Assembly (NCBI GenBank): GCA_900553945.1 | Contig: USFR01000004.1 | Coordinates: 60,161 to 124,160, forward strand | From: an uncultured Clostridium sp. | GTDB lineage: Bacteria; Bacillota; Clostridia; TANB77; CAG-508 | Direction: 5' to 3' | DNA: 64,000 bases | Shown here: piece after piece, positions 1-12,798 of the stretch | Layout: the number at the start of each line of letters is the position of its first letter | How positions within the stretch are numbered: position 1 is the stretch's first letter | Notes under the pieces: model-generated | Told to the model about the DNA's origin: nothing | Database searches by the model: none | What the model saw: the letters and a program-made list of their open reading frames with translations, nothing else | Position numbers and translations under genes: made by a program

Positions 1-1148
1 AAATTTTTTCAGATAAAGATTTTAATGTCCAAGGTACGTTTCCTAATACTAACTTTCTTGCAAAAGGTTTTATTTTTACCGGTAAAACTAGAAACAAAGG
101 AAGTAATTCATATCTTGTAACTTCTGTAGTATGTGATCAGCAATTTTTAAAATCAGATCCTTTAAAACCTAAAGATGGAAGCCCGGATTTAAGATTAAGT
201 GTAAATAACCCGTTCAGTGGTAAAAGATTTAATGATACTGATATTTTGTATTTAGATAGAAACAGATTATTTCAAACTAGAACAGGAACTTATAATACTA
301 CTAGATTTGATAGAATTATGGAAGATTTTAATTTTCAGTACAACAAAGGTACAGAAAATATTGAAGATTTAAATCAGAGTTTAAATGAAAAAGTAAAAAA
401 AGGAAAAATTGAAAATAAATATCTAGAAACAGCAATAGATGAATTTGAAAAAATAAGTAATTATAGAGTGCAATTAGATTTTATTGATAATTACAAGCCA
501 TTTAAGAATGCAAATTTTGTAATAAAAAAGGATAATAACCAGCAAATATCATTATCAAATTTAGGGTCAGGGTATGAGATGATATTCTCGTTAATTTATT
601 CATATCACATGTCTGAACAAAACAAGAAAAATATGATTATATTAATTGATGAACCAGAATTACATTTACATCCTAAAATACAACAAAATTTTGTTGACTT
701 TTTACTTAAAATCTCAAAAAATGCTCAAATCATAATTACTACACACTCATCACTTTTAGTAAAACAATTATCATATAATGATTATGTGAAAACAATAATT
801 TTAAAGAATGATAAGACTATATCTTTGATTGGTGATAGAAAGTTATCATATGTATCATCTAATGAAACAAATTATTTGGCTTTTGGTTTGGCAACAGAGG
901 AATATCATAATGAGTTATATGAAGAATTATTCCATAAATATGCTACAAGCAAAAAAATAAAAGATTTTGATAGTCAATTCTTTATTGCAACTATGAGTGA
1001 AGTAAAGCAGTATCCTTGGATGCAATATCCTAATGAAGTTTCTTTGCATACTTATGTTAGAAATCAAATACATCATAGAGCTGATAATGGTCAAGCATCA
1101 TATTCTGATTTAGAAACTTCAATAGCAACAATGAGAAAATATTTGTAA
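1..1148 (+). CDS. AAA-family ATPase (OLD/AAA_21-like), 5'-partial; ORF open to window start
   Basis: No stop in frame from nt 3. Motif IILIDEPELHLHP matches the Walker B / H-loop of AAA_15/21-type ABC-like ATPases. The upstream part lies outside the window. Confidence 0.6.
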   Translation, partial: IFSDKDFNVQGTFPNTNFLAKGFIFTGKTRNKGSNSYLVTSVVCDQQFLKSDPLKPKDGSPDLRLSVNNPFSGKRFNDTDILYLDRNRLFQTRTGTYNTTRFDRIMEDFNFQYNKGTENIEDLNQSLNEKVKKGKIENKYLETAIDEFEKISNYRVQLDFIDNYKPFKNANFVIKKDNNQQISLSNLGSGYEMIFSLIYSYHMSEQNKKNMIILIDEPELHLHPKIQQNFVDFLLKISKNAQIIITTHSSLLVKQLSYNDYVKTIILKNDKTISLIGDRKLSYVSSNETNYLAFGLATEEYHNELYEELFHKYATSKKIKDFDSQFFIATMSEVKQYPWMQYPNEVSLHTYVRNQIHHRADNGQASYSDLETSIATMRKYL

Positions 1149-1164
1149 TTTTAAAAGACAATGC

Positions 1165-1539
1165 TTAGTTGGCATTGTCTTTGTCGTTTCTAATAGATGA
1201 TAAATATTTTTCTATCATACTATTTTGTATCTTTAAGAATTCAATTTTAGTTCCTATTGCTCGTTCATCTTCAAAATATCCAAGATAATGAAATCGATTC
1301 TTTACTTTAGTTAAGCATTCAATATTTTCTTCTAATGCTTTAACAATATTTTCAATAACATATTCATCTTTTTTAGTTTTTTGTTCTTCTTTGACTTCTG
1401 GAATTTTCATCTTATATCCTATAATTAAATTTCTAATATATTCAGATTGAGATAATTTTAATTTTGAAGAATCTCTTTTTAAAATAAATTTTTCATCATC
1501 ACTTAAAAACACATTAACTTTATTATTTCTTATTCTCAT
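1165..1539 (-). CDS. ribbon-helix-helix (CopG/Arc-like) DNA-binding protein
   Basis: The 124-aa protein has the N-terminal segment LSQSEYIRNLI typical of RHH beta-strand/helix A. It sits just downstream of palindromic operators. Confidence 0.4.
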   Translation of the reverse strand: MRIRNNKVNVFLSDDEKFILKRDSSKLKLSQSEYIRNLIIGYKMKIPEVKEEQKTKKDEYVIENIVKALEENIECLTKVKNRFHYLGYFEDERAIGTKIEFLKIQNSMIEKYLSSIRNDKDNAN

Positions 1540-1570
1540 AATTTAAAGACTCCTTTCTAAAATTTAAGGG

Positions 1571-1646
1571 TATGGGAATTCCCATATTGGAATTTGTATG
1601 GGAGTACAAATTCAGTGCTTGCTAGACACGATATGTGAGTACGTAC

Positions 1647-1651
<5 letters not shown>
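1571..1651. promoter_or_regulatory. two perfect palindromes upstream of the RHH gene (putative operators)
   Basis: tatgggaattcccata (1571-1586) and tgtgagtacgtactcaca (1634-1651) are seen directly in the sequence. A half-site repeat tatggga also occurs at ~1598. Confidence 0.35.
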
Positions 1652-3930
<2,279 letters not shown>

Positions 3931-3981
3931 TTACACGACAAAATAAATCAATATTATGGGAGTATATAAACTCTCAATTAA

Positions 3982-4254
3982 TTAATGCCTTGCTATGTAT
4001 TCTGATAAATCAGCAATAGGGATTTTCTTCTTTAAATTCCCAATATAAAAATGTTTTTGTTCATTGAAGAATAGATATAGTGTATCTCCAATAATTACTT
4101 TGTGTGGTTCAACATACGCTAAATTTGTATGTTCCACAATTCTTAGGTAACCTTCAATAATCTGATAGGGTCTGTTATTAAATTTGCAAGACCAATTAAT
4201 TTTGGTTTTGAGTTCATCACTCATATTGATTTTCTTTTTAATTATTTTAATCAT
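3982..4254 (-). CDS. hypothetical small protein
   Basis: 90-aa ORF between the recombinase and tRNA-Gly. Confidence 0.3.
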   Translation of the reverse strand: MIKIIKKKINMSDELKTKINWSCKFNNRPYQIIEGYLRIVEHTNLAYVEPHKVIIGDTLYLFFNEQKHFYIGNLKKKIPIADLSEYIARH

Positions 4255-4352
4255 ATCACATCACACCTTTCTTTGCAATAACGCACAAAAAAATCAATCT
4301 TTTCAGATTGATTTAATCATTAACGTCACATTGGTGCGACGATTTTACCTTA

Positions 4353-4426
<74 letters not shown>

Positions 4427-4628
4427 GCTTCGTTTATATTATAATATATTTATTTAATTTTGACAATCGTATTGAAGAAATTTGTTGGGTGTTTAAAGGC
4501 CTTGAAAATGTTGATTTATATGGATATGTGTGATAAAATTATGAAATCAAATTATAAGGAGGGTTAGTGCTTTTGTAACTATTAATGCACATGGAATAAT
4601 TTCCAAAACTGGAATAGGAGGGATGACT

Positions 4629-4826
4629 ATGGAATTTCGCAGAAAAGATTATTTTGCAATACATTCTCGGAGTGTGGAACTCTATTTGAGTGGAGAACGG
4701 CAGAGTCCTTTGATTCGTACAACACCATGGATAGCTGAAAGGCTGGAAAAAAGATATCATGTTATTTTGCAAAAGGAAGAAACGATAGATGAAGAAAAGA
4801 GATTATATAGTTATCGAATTATCTAA
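4629..4826 (+). CDS. small hypothetical protein
   Basis: GGAGGG RBS lies 6 nt before ATG. 65 aa. Confidence 0.3.
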   Translation: MEFRRKDYFAIHSRSVELYLSGERQSPLIRTTPWIAERLEKRYHVILQKEETIDEEKRLYSYRII

Positions 4827-4913
4827 AGAGATGGAATTAGAAATCTCCAATTTATATGAAGAACGACGTGCAAATTTGTGTTTTTGCTCGTCGTTTTGAA
4901 CTTATTTAATATG

Positions 4914-4945
4914 TGAAGCCTCGGACTTTGTGAAATCCGAGGCTT
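4914..4945. terminator. hairpin terminator (symmetric)
   Basis: aagcctcggactttgtgaaatccgaggctt forms a perfect stem. Confidence 0.45.
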
Positions 4946-4957
4946 TGACTGTTAGTA

Positions 4958-5140
4958 TTATGAAATCGTAATGTTTTCTAATACTAACTGACCGTTGACG
5001 AAAACCTTGTCTACGGTGCAATTTGCGTAACTTCCATTGTGCAGCTTTTTATGTGCGTATTCTTTGGCTGCTTCAGTTGAAAGTTGTTTCGGAGTTAAAA
5101 ATGTGACTTCGTTGATCCGGTTTTTTAAGTTCTGCTTCAT
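4958..5140 (-). CDS. small hypothetical protein
   Basis: 60-aa ORF on the minus strand. Confidence 0.3.
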   Translation of the reverse strand: MKQNLKNRINEVTFLTPKQLSTEAAKEYAHKKLHNGSYANCTVDKVFVNGQLVLENITIS

Positions 5141-5282
5141 AGTCTGAAATCTCCTTTCAAATTGCTGATAAATTATAGGTTGCGTGGTGATATTATATCA
5201 TGTTTACATAAATAAAGTCAATTGCAATTTTTGGAGAATAGTAATGGAAAAAAAGCTTATGATTTGTATCATAAGCTTTTTT

Positions 5283-5356
<74 letters not shown>

Positions 5357-5390
5357 AATTTCTTGCATAATATTTATTTTATAAATGAAA

Positions 5391-5464
<74 letters not shown>

Positions 5465-5560
5465 ATATTTCCTCCTGACAAGTATAGATTATAAAGTAGG
5501 AAAACATTTTTGTCAATAGAAATTTTGAAAAAAATTTAAAATTTTAAGATTAAAGGCGCG

Positions 5561-5590
5561 ACTTATTAAAATCGCGCCTTTTCCCTGAGT
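5561..5590. terminator. bidirectional hairpin terminator
   Basis: aaaggcgcgacttattaaaatcgcgccttt is a GC-rich stem flanked by A/T runs on both sides. It lies between the amylase gene end and the tRNAs. Confidence 0.55.
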
Positions 5591-5600
5591 GCTTGAAAGC

Positions 5601-7499
5601 TTACTCAAGATTACAGTTACTTATGATTGTTAATCCATAAGGAGTCAGTTGCTTTTTGTTTGAATGGTTAGTTGCAAAGATTACTGGGTCGTTTGCGTAT
5701 TGCTCGGGAACAAGGATAGCCTGAGTTTGACCAGTAATGTTTACTGAAACCAAAATTCTTTTATCTTTCCATGTCCGCTCGTACATAACTATGTCGTTTG
5801 TTACAGTAATGAATCTGAAGCTTGCATTACTAAGCGGCAGTGAGTTATGGATTTTTCCTAATATTCTGTAGAAACGCATTAATTTTTTATCTCTCCGTCC
5901 CCATGGATAAGTTTTACGGTTCCATGGATCTTTGTAGCCATAGAGGCCAACTTCGTCACCATAGAAAATACACGGATTTCCGGGGAGAAAGTAGAGAATA
6001 GATAATGCTGCTTTCAAAAGCTCTCTACCTTTTTTGTAATCTGCACGTGAAAATGCTGCATCGTTTGCATTTTGCCAGTTTCGATCTTTTCCACCAATGT
6101 CCCAAGTCCATTCATAACCATTGTGCAAGAAACCATTTCCAACTAGTGTGGTGATAGCTCGTGGAATGTCATGAGTGGAAAGTGAGTTCATTGTTGATAA
6201 CAGAGCTTCTCTTGGATAATCGGCACAGATTTCATTGATATTGTTACGCAAGCAGTAGGTATCTCTGAATCGTACATACTTTAAGATTGCATTTGTGAAT
6301 GGATAGTTCATTACGCTACTGAGGGATGTGCCAAGCAGATAATTTCTGTTGCCATCATTTTTTCTAATAGCGTTTTCCCAAACTTCACCAAGAATAAATG
6401 CATCTTTTTTGTAGTGCTTTGCACAGTTAGCGAGCATTGTAAGAAAATAATCCGGAAGTTCATCTGCTACGTCTAATCGTAATCCATCGATTCCCCATTT
6501 GGTAAACCATGTATCAATTACACCGCCATCTCCAAATAAGAAGTTTTGCCACTCCTTACAGTCTGGGTTACAAACTGGAAGATTTCCAAAGCCCCACCAG
6601 TACTGGAAGTGATTGAACCGATCTCTTTTGTACCATTCAAAATATTTGGAGTCTCTGCCGCTGATTGCACCTTTTTCAGGAAATGTTGAAAGCCTGTTGA
6701 AATAAATGCTGTCATCTCCTGTATGATTGAAAACGGTATCGATGATAACCTTCATTCCAAGTGCATGAGCTCTTTGACATAAGTTTTTCATGTCTTCTGC
6801 TGAACCAAGATATGGATCGATGCTGAGATAGTCAGCTGTGTCATATCTGTGATTAGACTGGCTTCTGCAAATGGGGGAAAGGTATATGATCTTGACTCCT
6901 AATTTCTTGATGTACTTTAAATGATTTGTAATTCCTTTCAGATTACCGCAGAAAAAGTCGGTGTTTGTAATTTCGCCTCTTTCGTTGGGCATCCAGTCGG
7001 GAATGTCGTTCCAGTTCTTGTGAATGGTTCTGCGTGGCATTTCAAAAATTGGGACACTCTCGTCGCGAGCAAATCTGTCGACCATGATATGAAACATGAT
7101 TGCGCCTTTTGCCCATTCTGGAACCAAGAATGTGTTGTCAGTAACTGTGAATTGCATCCAAGGCAAATCTAATGTTGTTAAAGATAGGCCTTCTTCGTAA
7201 TTCATTTTTAAATAATATATTTTCCTGTTAAGAGTAACTTTAAAACAGTAAAAATATAGTCCAGTACCAAAGTTAAAATGGATAAAATCACTAATGAAAG
7301 TGCTCATACTATTTTTTGAACTAGTATACTTTAATGGAAATTCTTCTTTTGCTGAACTATGGTACTTCTGCAGAATTACAGTTACATCTTCAGCATATCC
7401 TAAGTCATCTGAGAGTCGTACTATGAACCGATAAGCCTTTTCTTTAGAAATCTCGTTTAATTCGGAAACCCGAATTTTTGAGTCTAAACTAACATACAT
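5601..7499 (-). CDS. glycoside hydrolase family 13 (alpha-amylase superfamily; neopullulanase/cyclomaltodextrinase-like)
   Basis: GH13 catalytic-region motifs: DTVFNHTG, GLRLDVADE, EVWE, and HD near the C-terminal part. RBS AAGGAGGG precedes ATG at 7499 (MYVSLDSK). Confidence 0.8.
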   Translation of the reverse strand: MYVSLDSKIRVSELNEISKEKAYRFIVRLSDDLGYAEDVTVILQKYHSSAKEEFPLKYTSSKNSMSTFISDFIHFNFGTGLYFYCFKVTLNRKIYYLKMNYEEGLSLTTLDLPWMQFTVTDNTFLVPEWAKGAIMFHIMVDRFARDESVPIFEMPRRTIHKNWNDIPDWMPNERGEITNTDFFCGNLKGITNHLKYIKKLGVKIIYLSPICRSQSNHRYDTADYLSIDPYLGSAEDMKNLCQRAHALGMKVIIDTVFNHTGDDSIYFNRLSTFPEKGAISGRDSKYFEWYKRDRFNHFQYWWGFGNLPVCNPDCKEWQNFLFGDGGVIDTWFTKWGIDGLRLDVADELPDYFLTMLANCAKHYKKDAFILGEVWENAIRKNDGNRNYLLGTSLSSVMNYPFTNAILKYVRFRDTYCLRNNINEICADYPREALLSTMNSLSTHDIPRAITTLVGNGFLHNGYEWTWDIGGKDRNWQNANDAAFSRADYKKGRELLKAALSILYFLPGNPCIFYGDEVGLYGYKDPWNRKTYPWGRRDKKLMRFYRILGKIHNSLPLSNASFRFITVTNDIVMYERTWKDKRILVSVNITGQTQAILVPEQYANDPVIFATNHSNKKQLTPYGLTIISNCNLE

Positions 7500-7724
7500 A
7501 ATAAAGCCCTCCTTAAAATGTGCTGTAAACAATAAAGTTACATAAGCTAATTTTAAAAGCGCTATAAAAAAATGTCAATAGGGGATTACAAATTTCGACA
7601 AAAAGTTTGGTATATATTTTTTATGTTGGAAGGCTTGTGATATATGTGTATAAATTTGTTTACAATTAGGCAAATTTATAATAAAATAGTTATGTTATTA
7701 TGAAAGATGAATTGAGGAATTTTA

Positions 7725-8153
7725 ATGAAAAAAATAATATCAAATTCAGAAGAAGAGACAAAATTAATTGGTAGAAAATTTGCAAAAGATTTGAAAAAGG
7801 GCGATGTTATAGTTCTTACAGGGGATTTGGGTTCTGGTAAGACTAAATTTACTGAGGGGGTTTTGCAATTTTTCGGTTTAGAAAATGAGATTTCAAGTCC
7901 TACATTTAACATTGTTAATGAATATGTGAATAGGGACGTGAATGTTTATCATTTTGATGTTTATAGATTAGAAGATGAAGATGAATTTTATGCTATAGGT
8001 GGAGAAGAGTATTTCGAAAAGGGAATTTGCTTAATTGAGTGGGGTGAAATGATTGAGTCTGCTTTACCTAATAAATATATTCAAATTAGTTTTAGTAGAA
8101 ATCTTGAAGATGAAAATGTAAGAGAAATAGTGATTGAAGAAATTAATAAATAA
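7725..8153 (+). CDS. tsaE: tRNA threonylcarbamoyladenosine biosynthesis ATPase TsaE
   Basis: P-loop GDLGSGKTKFTEG. ~140 aa. Conserved tsaE-tsaB-rimI order. Confidence 0.8.
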   Translation: MKKIISNSEEETKLIGRKFAKDLKKGDVIVLTGDLGSGKTKFTEGVLQFFGLENEISSPTFNIVNEYVNRDVNVYHFDVYRLEDEDEFYAIGGEEYFEKGICLIEWGEMIESALPNKYIQISFSRNLEDENVREIVIEEINK

Positions 8154-8165
8154 GGAAGCGATTTT

Positions 8166-8855
8166 ATGAAGAATTTAGTTACAGATACTTCTAGTAGTGT
8201 CTGCAGTGTTGGTTTATTTGAAGATGATAATTTAATTGTGAAAAATGAGTTGGATAATGGAAAGACTCATTCAGAAAATTTTATGCCATTGGTTGAGAAG
8301 ACTTTAAATGATGCTAATATGAAATTGGATGATTTAGATTATATTACGGTTGTTGTTGGACCTGGTTCTTTTACTGGAATTAGAATTGGTGTTGCTAGTT
8401 GTAAAGCAATGGCTGAGGTAAAGAATTTAAAGGTTGTTCCAATTATTTCTTTAGATTTATTGGCAACAAATGAAATTGAAAAAAGTAAAGTTATTTGTTC
8501 AATGATTGATGCTAGAAATAATCAGGTGTATTGTGGAATTTATGATGAGAAAATAAATAAATTAGAGGAATATTTGGCTGATGATATTGAGAATGTGTTT
8601 GTGGTTTTAGAAAAATATGATGATATTTCATTTGTTGGTGATGGAGCTGTTTTACATAGAGAAAGAATAAGTGAAAAACTAACAGGAAAGAATATTAAAT
8701 TTTCTGAAAACAATAAACAAAATGCAGAAAGCTTGGGGATAATTGCTTACAAAAAGATTAATGAAAATGAGTTTGTTGATGCTGATTCAGTTGTACCAGT
8801 GTATTTGAGAAAATCGCAAGCTGAAAGGATGAAAGATGCAAAGAAAGATTCTTAA
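8166..8855 (+). CDS. tsaB: tRNA t6A biosynthesis protein TsaB (inactive Kae1/YeaZ homolog)
   Basis: 229 aa with GPGSFTGIRIG motif typical of the YeaZ/Kae1 family. Gene context supports the call. Confidence 0.75.
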   Translation: MKNLVTDTSSSVCSVGLFEDDNLIVKNELDNGKTHSENFMPLVEKTLNDANMKLDDLDYITVVVGPGSFTGIRIGVASCKAMAEVKNLKVVPIISLDLLATNEIEKSKVICSMIDARNNQVYCGIYDEKINKLEEYLADDIENVFVVLEKYDDISFVGDGAVLHRERISEKLTGKNIKFSENNKQNAESLGIIAYKKINENEFVDADSVVPVYLRKSQAERMKDAKKDS

Positions 8856-9270
8856 AATGCAGGAGCAACATTTAGAAAAATTGGCTCAAGATTTAAATGA
8901 ATATGATGATTTTTGGAATGAGAAAATTTTAAAAGATGAGTTCTACAATGAAAATTCAGAGTATTTTGTTATTTGCGAAGATGAGATTGTATGCGGATTT
9001 GCTGGATTGTGGTTTAATATTGATGAAGCTCATATTATGAATATTGCTGTTAGAAAAGATTTTAGAAAAAATGGAATTGGATCTGAATTGCTAAGTTTTT
9101 TAATTGATGAAGCAAAATCAAAAGGAAAAATATGTATTACTTTAGAAGTTAGAGATGATAATACTCCTGCAATCGAATTATATAAAAAATTTAATTTTGA
9201 TATACTTGGAAGAAGAAAAAAATATTATAACAATGTTAATGATGCAATTATTATGACAAAAAGTTTTTAG
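8836..9270 (+). CDS. rimI: ribosomal-protein-alanine N-acetyltransferase (GNAT)
   Basis: GNAT motif IAVRKDFRKNGIGSELL. Overlaps the tsaB stop. Confidence 0.7.
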   Translation: MQRKILKMQEQHLEKLAQDLNEYDDFWNEKILKDEFYNENSEYFVICEDEIVCGFAGLWFNIDEAHIMNIAVRKDFRKNGIGSELLSFLIDEAKSKGKICITLEVRDDNTPAIELYKKFNFDILGRRKKYYNNVNDAIIMTKSF

Positions 9271-9401
9271 ATATGAAAACTAAAAAGAATTTTTTGGGAA
9301 ATAATAATTGTATATACTTGCATAAAAAATGTGTATGATATAAAATTTGTTTGTAAAAATACATAAGAAAAAAGAGTAAAAATTGGAGGAAAAACTTACG
9401 A

Positions 9402-11810
9402 ATGAGAAAAGTAAATGAATTAAGTTATAAAGATTTAAAAGATGTATGCAATCCTAATATGTTTAAGTTTGATAAGATTAAGGAAGTTGCTGATACAACT
9501 AACTTAGTTTATGGTCAAGATAGAGGAATTAGAGCGCTAGAGTTTGGTGTTAATGTTGATTTGAAGGGATATAATTTATATCTTGAAGGTCCAACAGGTG
9601 TTGGAAAAACAATGTATACTAAAAAGTTTTTGCAAACGAGAGCTGCAAAAGAAAAGGTACCAAATGACTGGTGCTATATTTATAATTTTAATGATCCAAA
9701 TGAGCCTATAGCAGTTTCTTTGCCAGCTGGTCAAGGAAAAGTGTTCAAAGAAACAATGGATGCATTTATTAGAAATATTAGAAAAGATATAAAGAAAACT
9801 TTTAATAATGATGAGTTTGAAAAAGAGAAAAAGCTTATTAAACAAGAATTTGAAGAAAAGAAAGATTCTATTTTGGTTAAGTTAAATGACAAGACTTTGA
9901 AACATGGTTTTCAAGTTAAATCTGCTCAAAATGGAATTTATATGATGCCTGTTTATGAGGGAAAAACTATTGAAGAAGAAGAGTATGAAAAATTACCTTT
10001 AGAGGTTAAAAGTGAATTTGAAGCAAAATCTCAAATTGTTCAAGAGATGATTTTTGATACTTTGTCTGAATTGAAAATTATAGAGAACAAAGCTGATAAA
10101 AAAATAGAAGAATGGAAAGCGAATATAGCATTACTTACAGTAAATATTCATGTTAATAATGTTAAGGCAAATTATAAGAGAAATAAAAAGATTAATAATT
10201 TCTTGGATAATGTTAAAAAAGATATTTTGAAGAATGTTAATGCTTTTATGAATACAGAAAATGAGAACGATAATAAGCAACAACTTCCACCTCAAGTTAG
10301 AGCAATGCAAAATAATGAGCCTTGGTTAAATTATAGAGTAAATTTATTTGTGGATAATAGCAACTTAGAAGGTGCTCCAGTTATAATGGATTCAAATTAT
10401 ACTTTCCAAAATATTTTTGGAAAATTAGAATATGAGAATCAATATGGAATAATGAAAACTGATTTTACAATGTTAAAACCAGGTTTACTACAAAAAGCAA
10501 ATGGTGGTTATATTATTTTCCAAGCAAGGGATTTATTATCAAATCCTCAATGTTATGAGAATTTGAAAAAAGTTTTACTTGTTAAGGAAGTTAGCAGTGA
10601 AAATAGTATGGAACAACGTTCTTCAATGATGCTTGTTTCTTTAAAGCCAGAGCCAATTCCTTTGGATTTAAAGGTTATAATGATTGGTAATTCTGAGATT
10701 TATCATACTTTATTATCGATGGATGATGATTTTAGAAAGCTATTTAAAATTAAAGTAGAGTTTGAAGAAGATGCTCCTAAAACTGAAGAGAATATAGCTA
10801 AACTTGTTAAGTTCGTTAGAAGTTATTGCGAACAAGAAGATTTACTAGATGTTGATAAAGAAGCAATGGCAAGAATTGTTGAGTATGCATCAAAATTATC
10901 AGGCGATAAAGAAAAATTATCTACACAGTTTAGTGAGATAGGTCAGATAGTTGGTGAGGCTTCAACTTGGGCTAAACTTGATAAATCTAAAATAGTAACT
11001 CAAAAGTATGTTCAAAAAGCTTTTGATGAGAGAATTGAAAGAATTAAAAAGTATGATACAAAATATTCACAGATGATTAAAGAAGGTGCTTTGCTTATAA
11101 ATACAGAAGGTTATAAAGTTGGTCAAATCAACGGTTTGACGGTTATAACTATTGGTGATTATTCTTTTGGAAAGCCTTCTAAGATTACTGCAAATACTTA
11201 TATTGGTAGACAAGGAATTGTAAATATTGAAAGAGAAGTTCAAATGTCAGGTTCAACACATTCAAAAGGTGTTATGATTTTGACTGGATATTTAGGTGAG
11301 CTTTTTGCACAGGATAAGGCTTTATCACTAAATGCTAGTATTTGTTTTGAACAATTATATGGTGGTGTTGATGGTGATAGTGCATCTAGTACAGAAGCAT
11401 ATGCTATTCTTTCAAGTTTGTCTGAAATGCCTATAAATCAATCAATTGCTGTTACAGGTTCTGTAAATCAAAAAGGCGAAATTCAACCAATTGGTGGTGT
11501 TAATGAAAAGATAGAAGGATTTTTCCAAATTTGCAAGATGAGAGGTTTAAGTGGCGAACATGGAGTTATTATTCCAATACAGAATGTTAGAAACTTGCAT
11601 TTGAATGATGAAGTTGTAGATGCTGTTAAAAATGGATTGTTCCATATTTATGCTATTAGCACTATTGATGAAGGAATTGAGATTCTAACTGGTGTTCCAG
11701 CTGGTAAGAAAGATAAGTATGGTAAATTCCCAGCAGGTACAATTAATTATTTGGCTAATGAGAAGTTGACTAAGTATGCGCAATATGTTGAAAAAAATAA
11801 GAATATGTAA
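9402..11810 (+). CDS. Lon-like ATP-dependent protease (AAA+ domain + S16 Ser-Lys protease domain)
   Basis: Walker A GPTGVGKT. C-terminal Lon proteolytic-domain signature GDSASSTEAYAILSSL...TGSVNQKGEIQPIGGVNEKIEG. Confidence 0.75.
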   Translation: MRKVNELSYKDLKDVCNPNMFKFDKIKEVADTTNLVYGQDRGIRALEFGVNVDLKGYNLYLEGPTGVGKTMYTKKFLQTRAAKEKVPNDWCYIYNFNDPNEPIAVSLPAGQGKVFKETMDAFIRNIRKDIKKTFNNDEFEKEKKLIKQEFEEKKDSILVKLNDKTLKHGFQVKSAQNGIYMMPVYEGKTIEEEEYEKLPLEVKSEFEAKSQIVQEMIFDTLSELKIIENKADKKIEEWKANIALLTVNIHVNNVKANYKRNKKINNFLDNVKKDILKNVNAFMNTENENDNKQQLPPQVRAMQNNEPWLNYRVNLFVDNSNLEGAPVIMDSNYTFQNIFGKLEYENQYGIMKTDFTMLKPGLLQKANGGYIIFQARDLLSNPQCYENLKKVLLVKEVSSENSMEQRSSMMLVSLKPEPIPLDLKVIMIGNSEIYHTLLSMDDDFRKLFKIKVEFEEDAPKTEENIAKLVKFVRSYCEQEDLLDVDKEAMARIVEYASKLSGDKEKLSTQFSEIGQIVGEASTWAKLDKSKIVTQKYVQKAFDERIERIKKYDTKYSQMIKEGALLINTEGYKVGQINGLTVITIGDYSFGKPSKITANTYIGRQGIVNIEREVQMSGSTHSKGVMILTGYLGELFAQDKALSLNASICFEQLYGGVDGDSASSTEAYAILSSLSEMPINQSIAVTGSVNQKGEIQPIGGVNEKIEGFFQICKMRGLSGEHGVIIPIQNVRNLHLNDEVVDAVKNGLFHIYAISTIDEGIEILTGVPAGKKDKYGKFPAGTINYLANEKLTKYAQYVEKNKNM

Positions 11811-11958
11811 ATGAAAATTTGTTGAAAAAAAGACGTTGTTGCTATAAAATTGCAATGACGTTTTTTGTGCTTTTTATTATAGAAAAAAGTTAATGAATAT
11901 GATATAGTATTGTTGCATTTAAGATGAGCATAATTAATATAATTTAGGAGGTATTATT

Positions 11959-12786
11959 TTGAAGATTGCTGAAATGGAATTTGAAAGATTAAAAGAGATT
12001 TCTAAAAATGTTCGTATGGACATAATTGAAGAAGTGTATTCTGCACAGTCAGGTCATCCAGGTGGGGCTTTATCATGTGCTGATATTTTAACTGTTTTAT
12101 ATTTTAATCAAATGAATATTAATCCTAATAGAAAAGATGACGAAAATAGAGATAGATTTGTATTGTCAAAAGGACATGCTTCTCCAGCTTTATATGCGGT
12201 TTTAGCTGAGAGAGGATATTTTTCAAAAGATGAATTAAAGAATTTTAGAAAATATGGAGCTATGTTACAAGGACATCCTGATATGAAGCATATTCCAGGT
12301 GTTGATATGACAGCAGGTTCTTTAGGACAAGGATTATCTGTAGCAAATGGAATGGCTCTTGCTTCTAAAATGGATAGAAAAGGATTTAGGGTTTATTGTT
12401 TAGTTGGAGATGGTGAGATTGAAGAAGGACAAATTTGGGAAGCAGCAATGGCGTCAGCTCATTATAAATTGGATAATTTATGTTTGATTGTGGATAATAA
12501 TAATTTGCAGATTGATGGAAAAGTTTCTGATGTAATGAGTGTATATCCTTTAAAAGAAAAGTTTGAAGCTTTTGGATTTGAAGTTTATGAAGTTGACGGA
12601 CATAATATTGATGAACTTATAATGACTTTCCAAAAAGCTAGTACTATTAAAGGAAAGCCAACAGCAATAATTGCAAAAACTATAAAAGGTAAAGGAGTTT
12701 CTTTTATGGAAGATCAGGCTGGTTGGCATGGTAAGGCTCCAAATGAGGAAGAGTATAAAAAAGCAATAGAAGAATTGAGAAAATAG
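11959..12786 (+). CDS. transketolase, N-terminal subunit (TPP-binding)
   Basis: GHPGGALS and GDGE motifs. TTG start after GGAGGT. The following gene encodes the C-terminal subunit. Confidence 0.85.
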   Translation: MKIAEMEFERLKEISKNVRMDIIEEVYSAQSGHPGGALSCADILTVLYFNQMNINPNRKDDENRDRFVLSKGHASPALYAVLAERGYFSKDELKNFRKYGAMLQGHPDMKHIPGVDMTAGSLGQGLSVANGMALASKMDRKGFRVYCLVGDGEIEEGQIWEAAMASAHYKLDNLCLIVDNNNLQIDGKVSDVMSVYPLKEKFEAFGFEVYEVDGHNIDELIMTFQKASTIKGKPTAIIAKTIKGKGVSFMEDQAGWHGKAPNEEEYKKAIEELRK

Positions 12787-12798
12787 GAGGTTCTTAAT

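Noticed and set aside
9576-9845. Antisense 89-aa ORF inside the Lon-like gene (and similar antisense ORFs at 6518, 6921, 12550, 14011, 16771, 17515, 18235, 21895, 22411, 28133, 29432, 33470, 34905, 35607, 41169, 42498, 43548, 43607, 46000, 51234, 58189, 63635)
   Set aside because: Each lies fully within a longer, motif-supported CDS on the opposite strand. In AT-rich DNA such low-complexity antisense ORFs arise by chance.
9402-11810. Lon-like protease as BREX BrxL
   Set aside because: No other BREX genes (pglX/brxC/pglZ) are nearby. The gene sits in the conserved tsaE-tsaB-rimI housekeeping neighbourhood.
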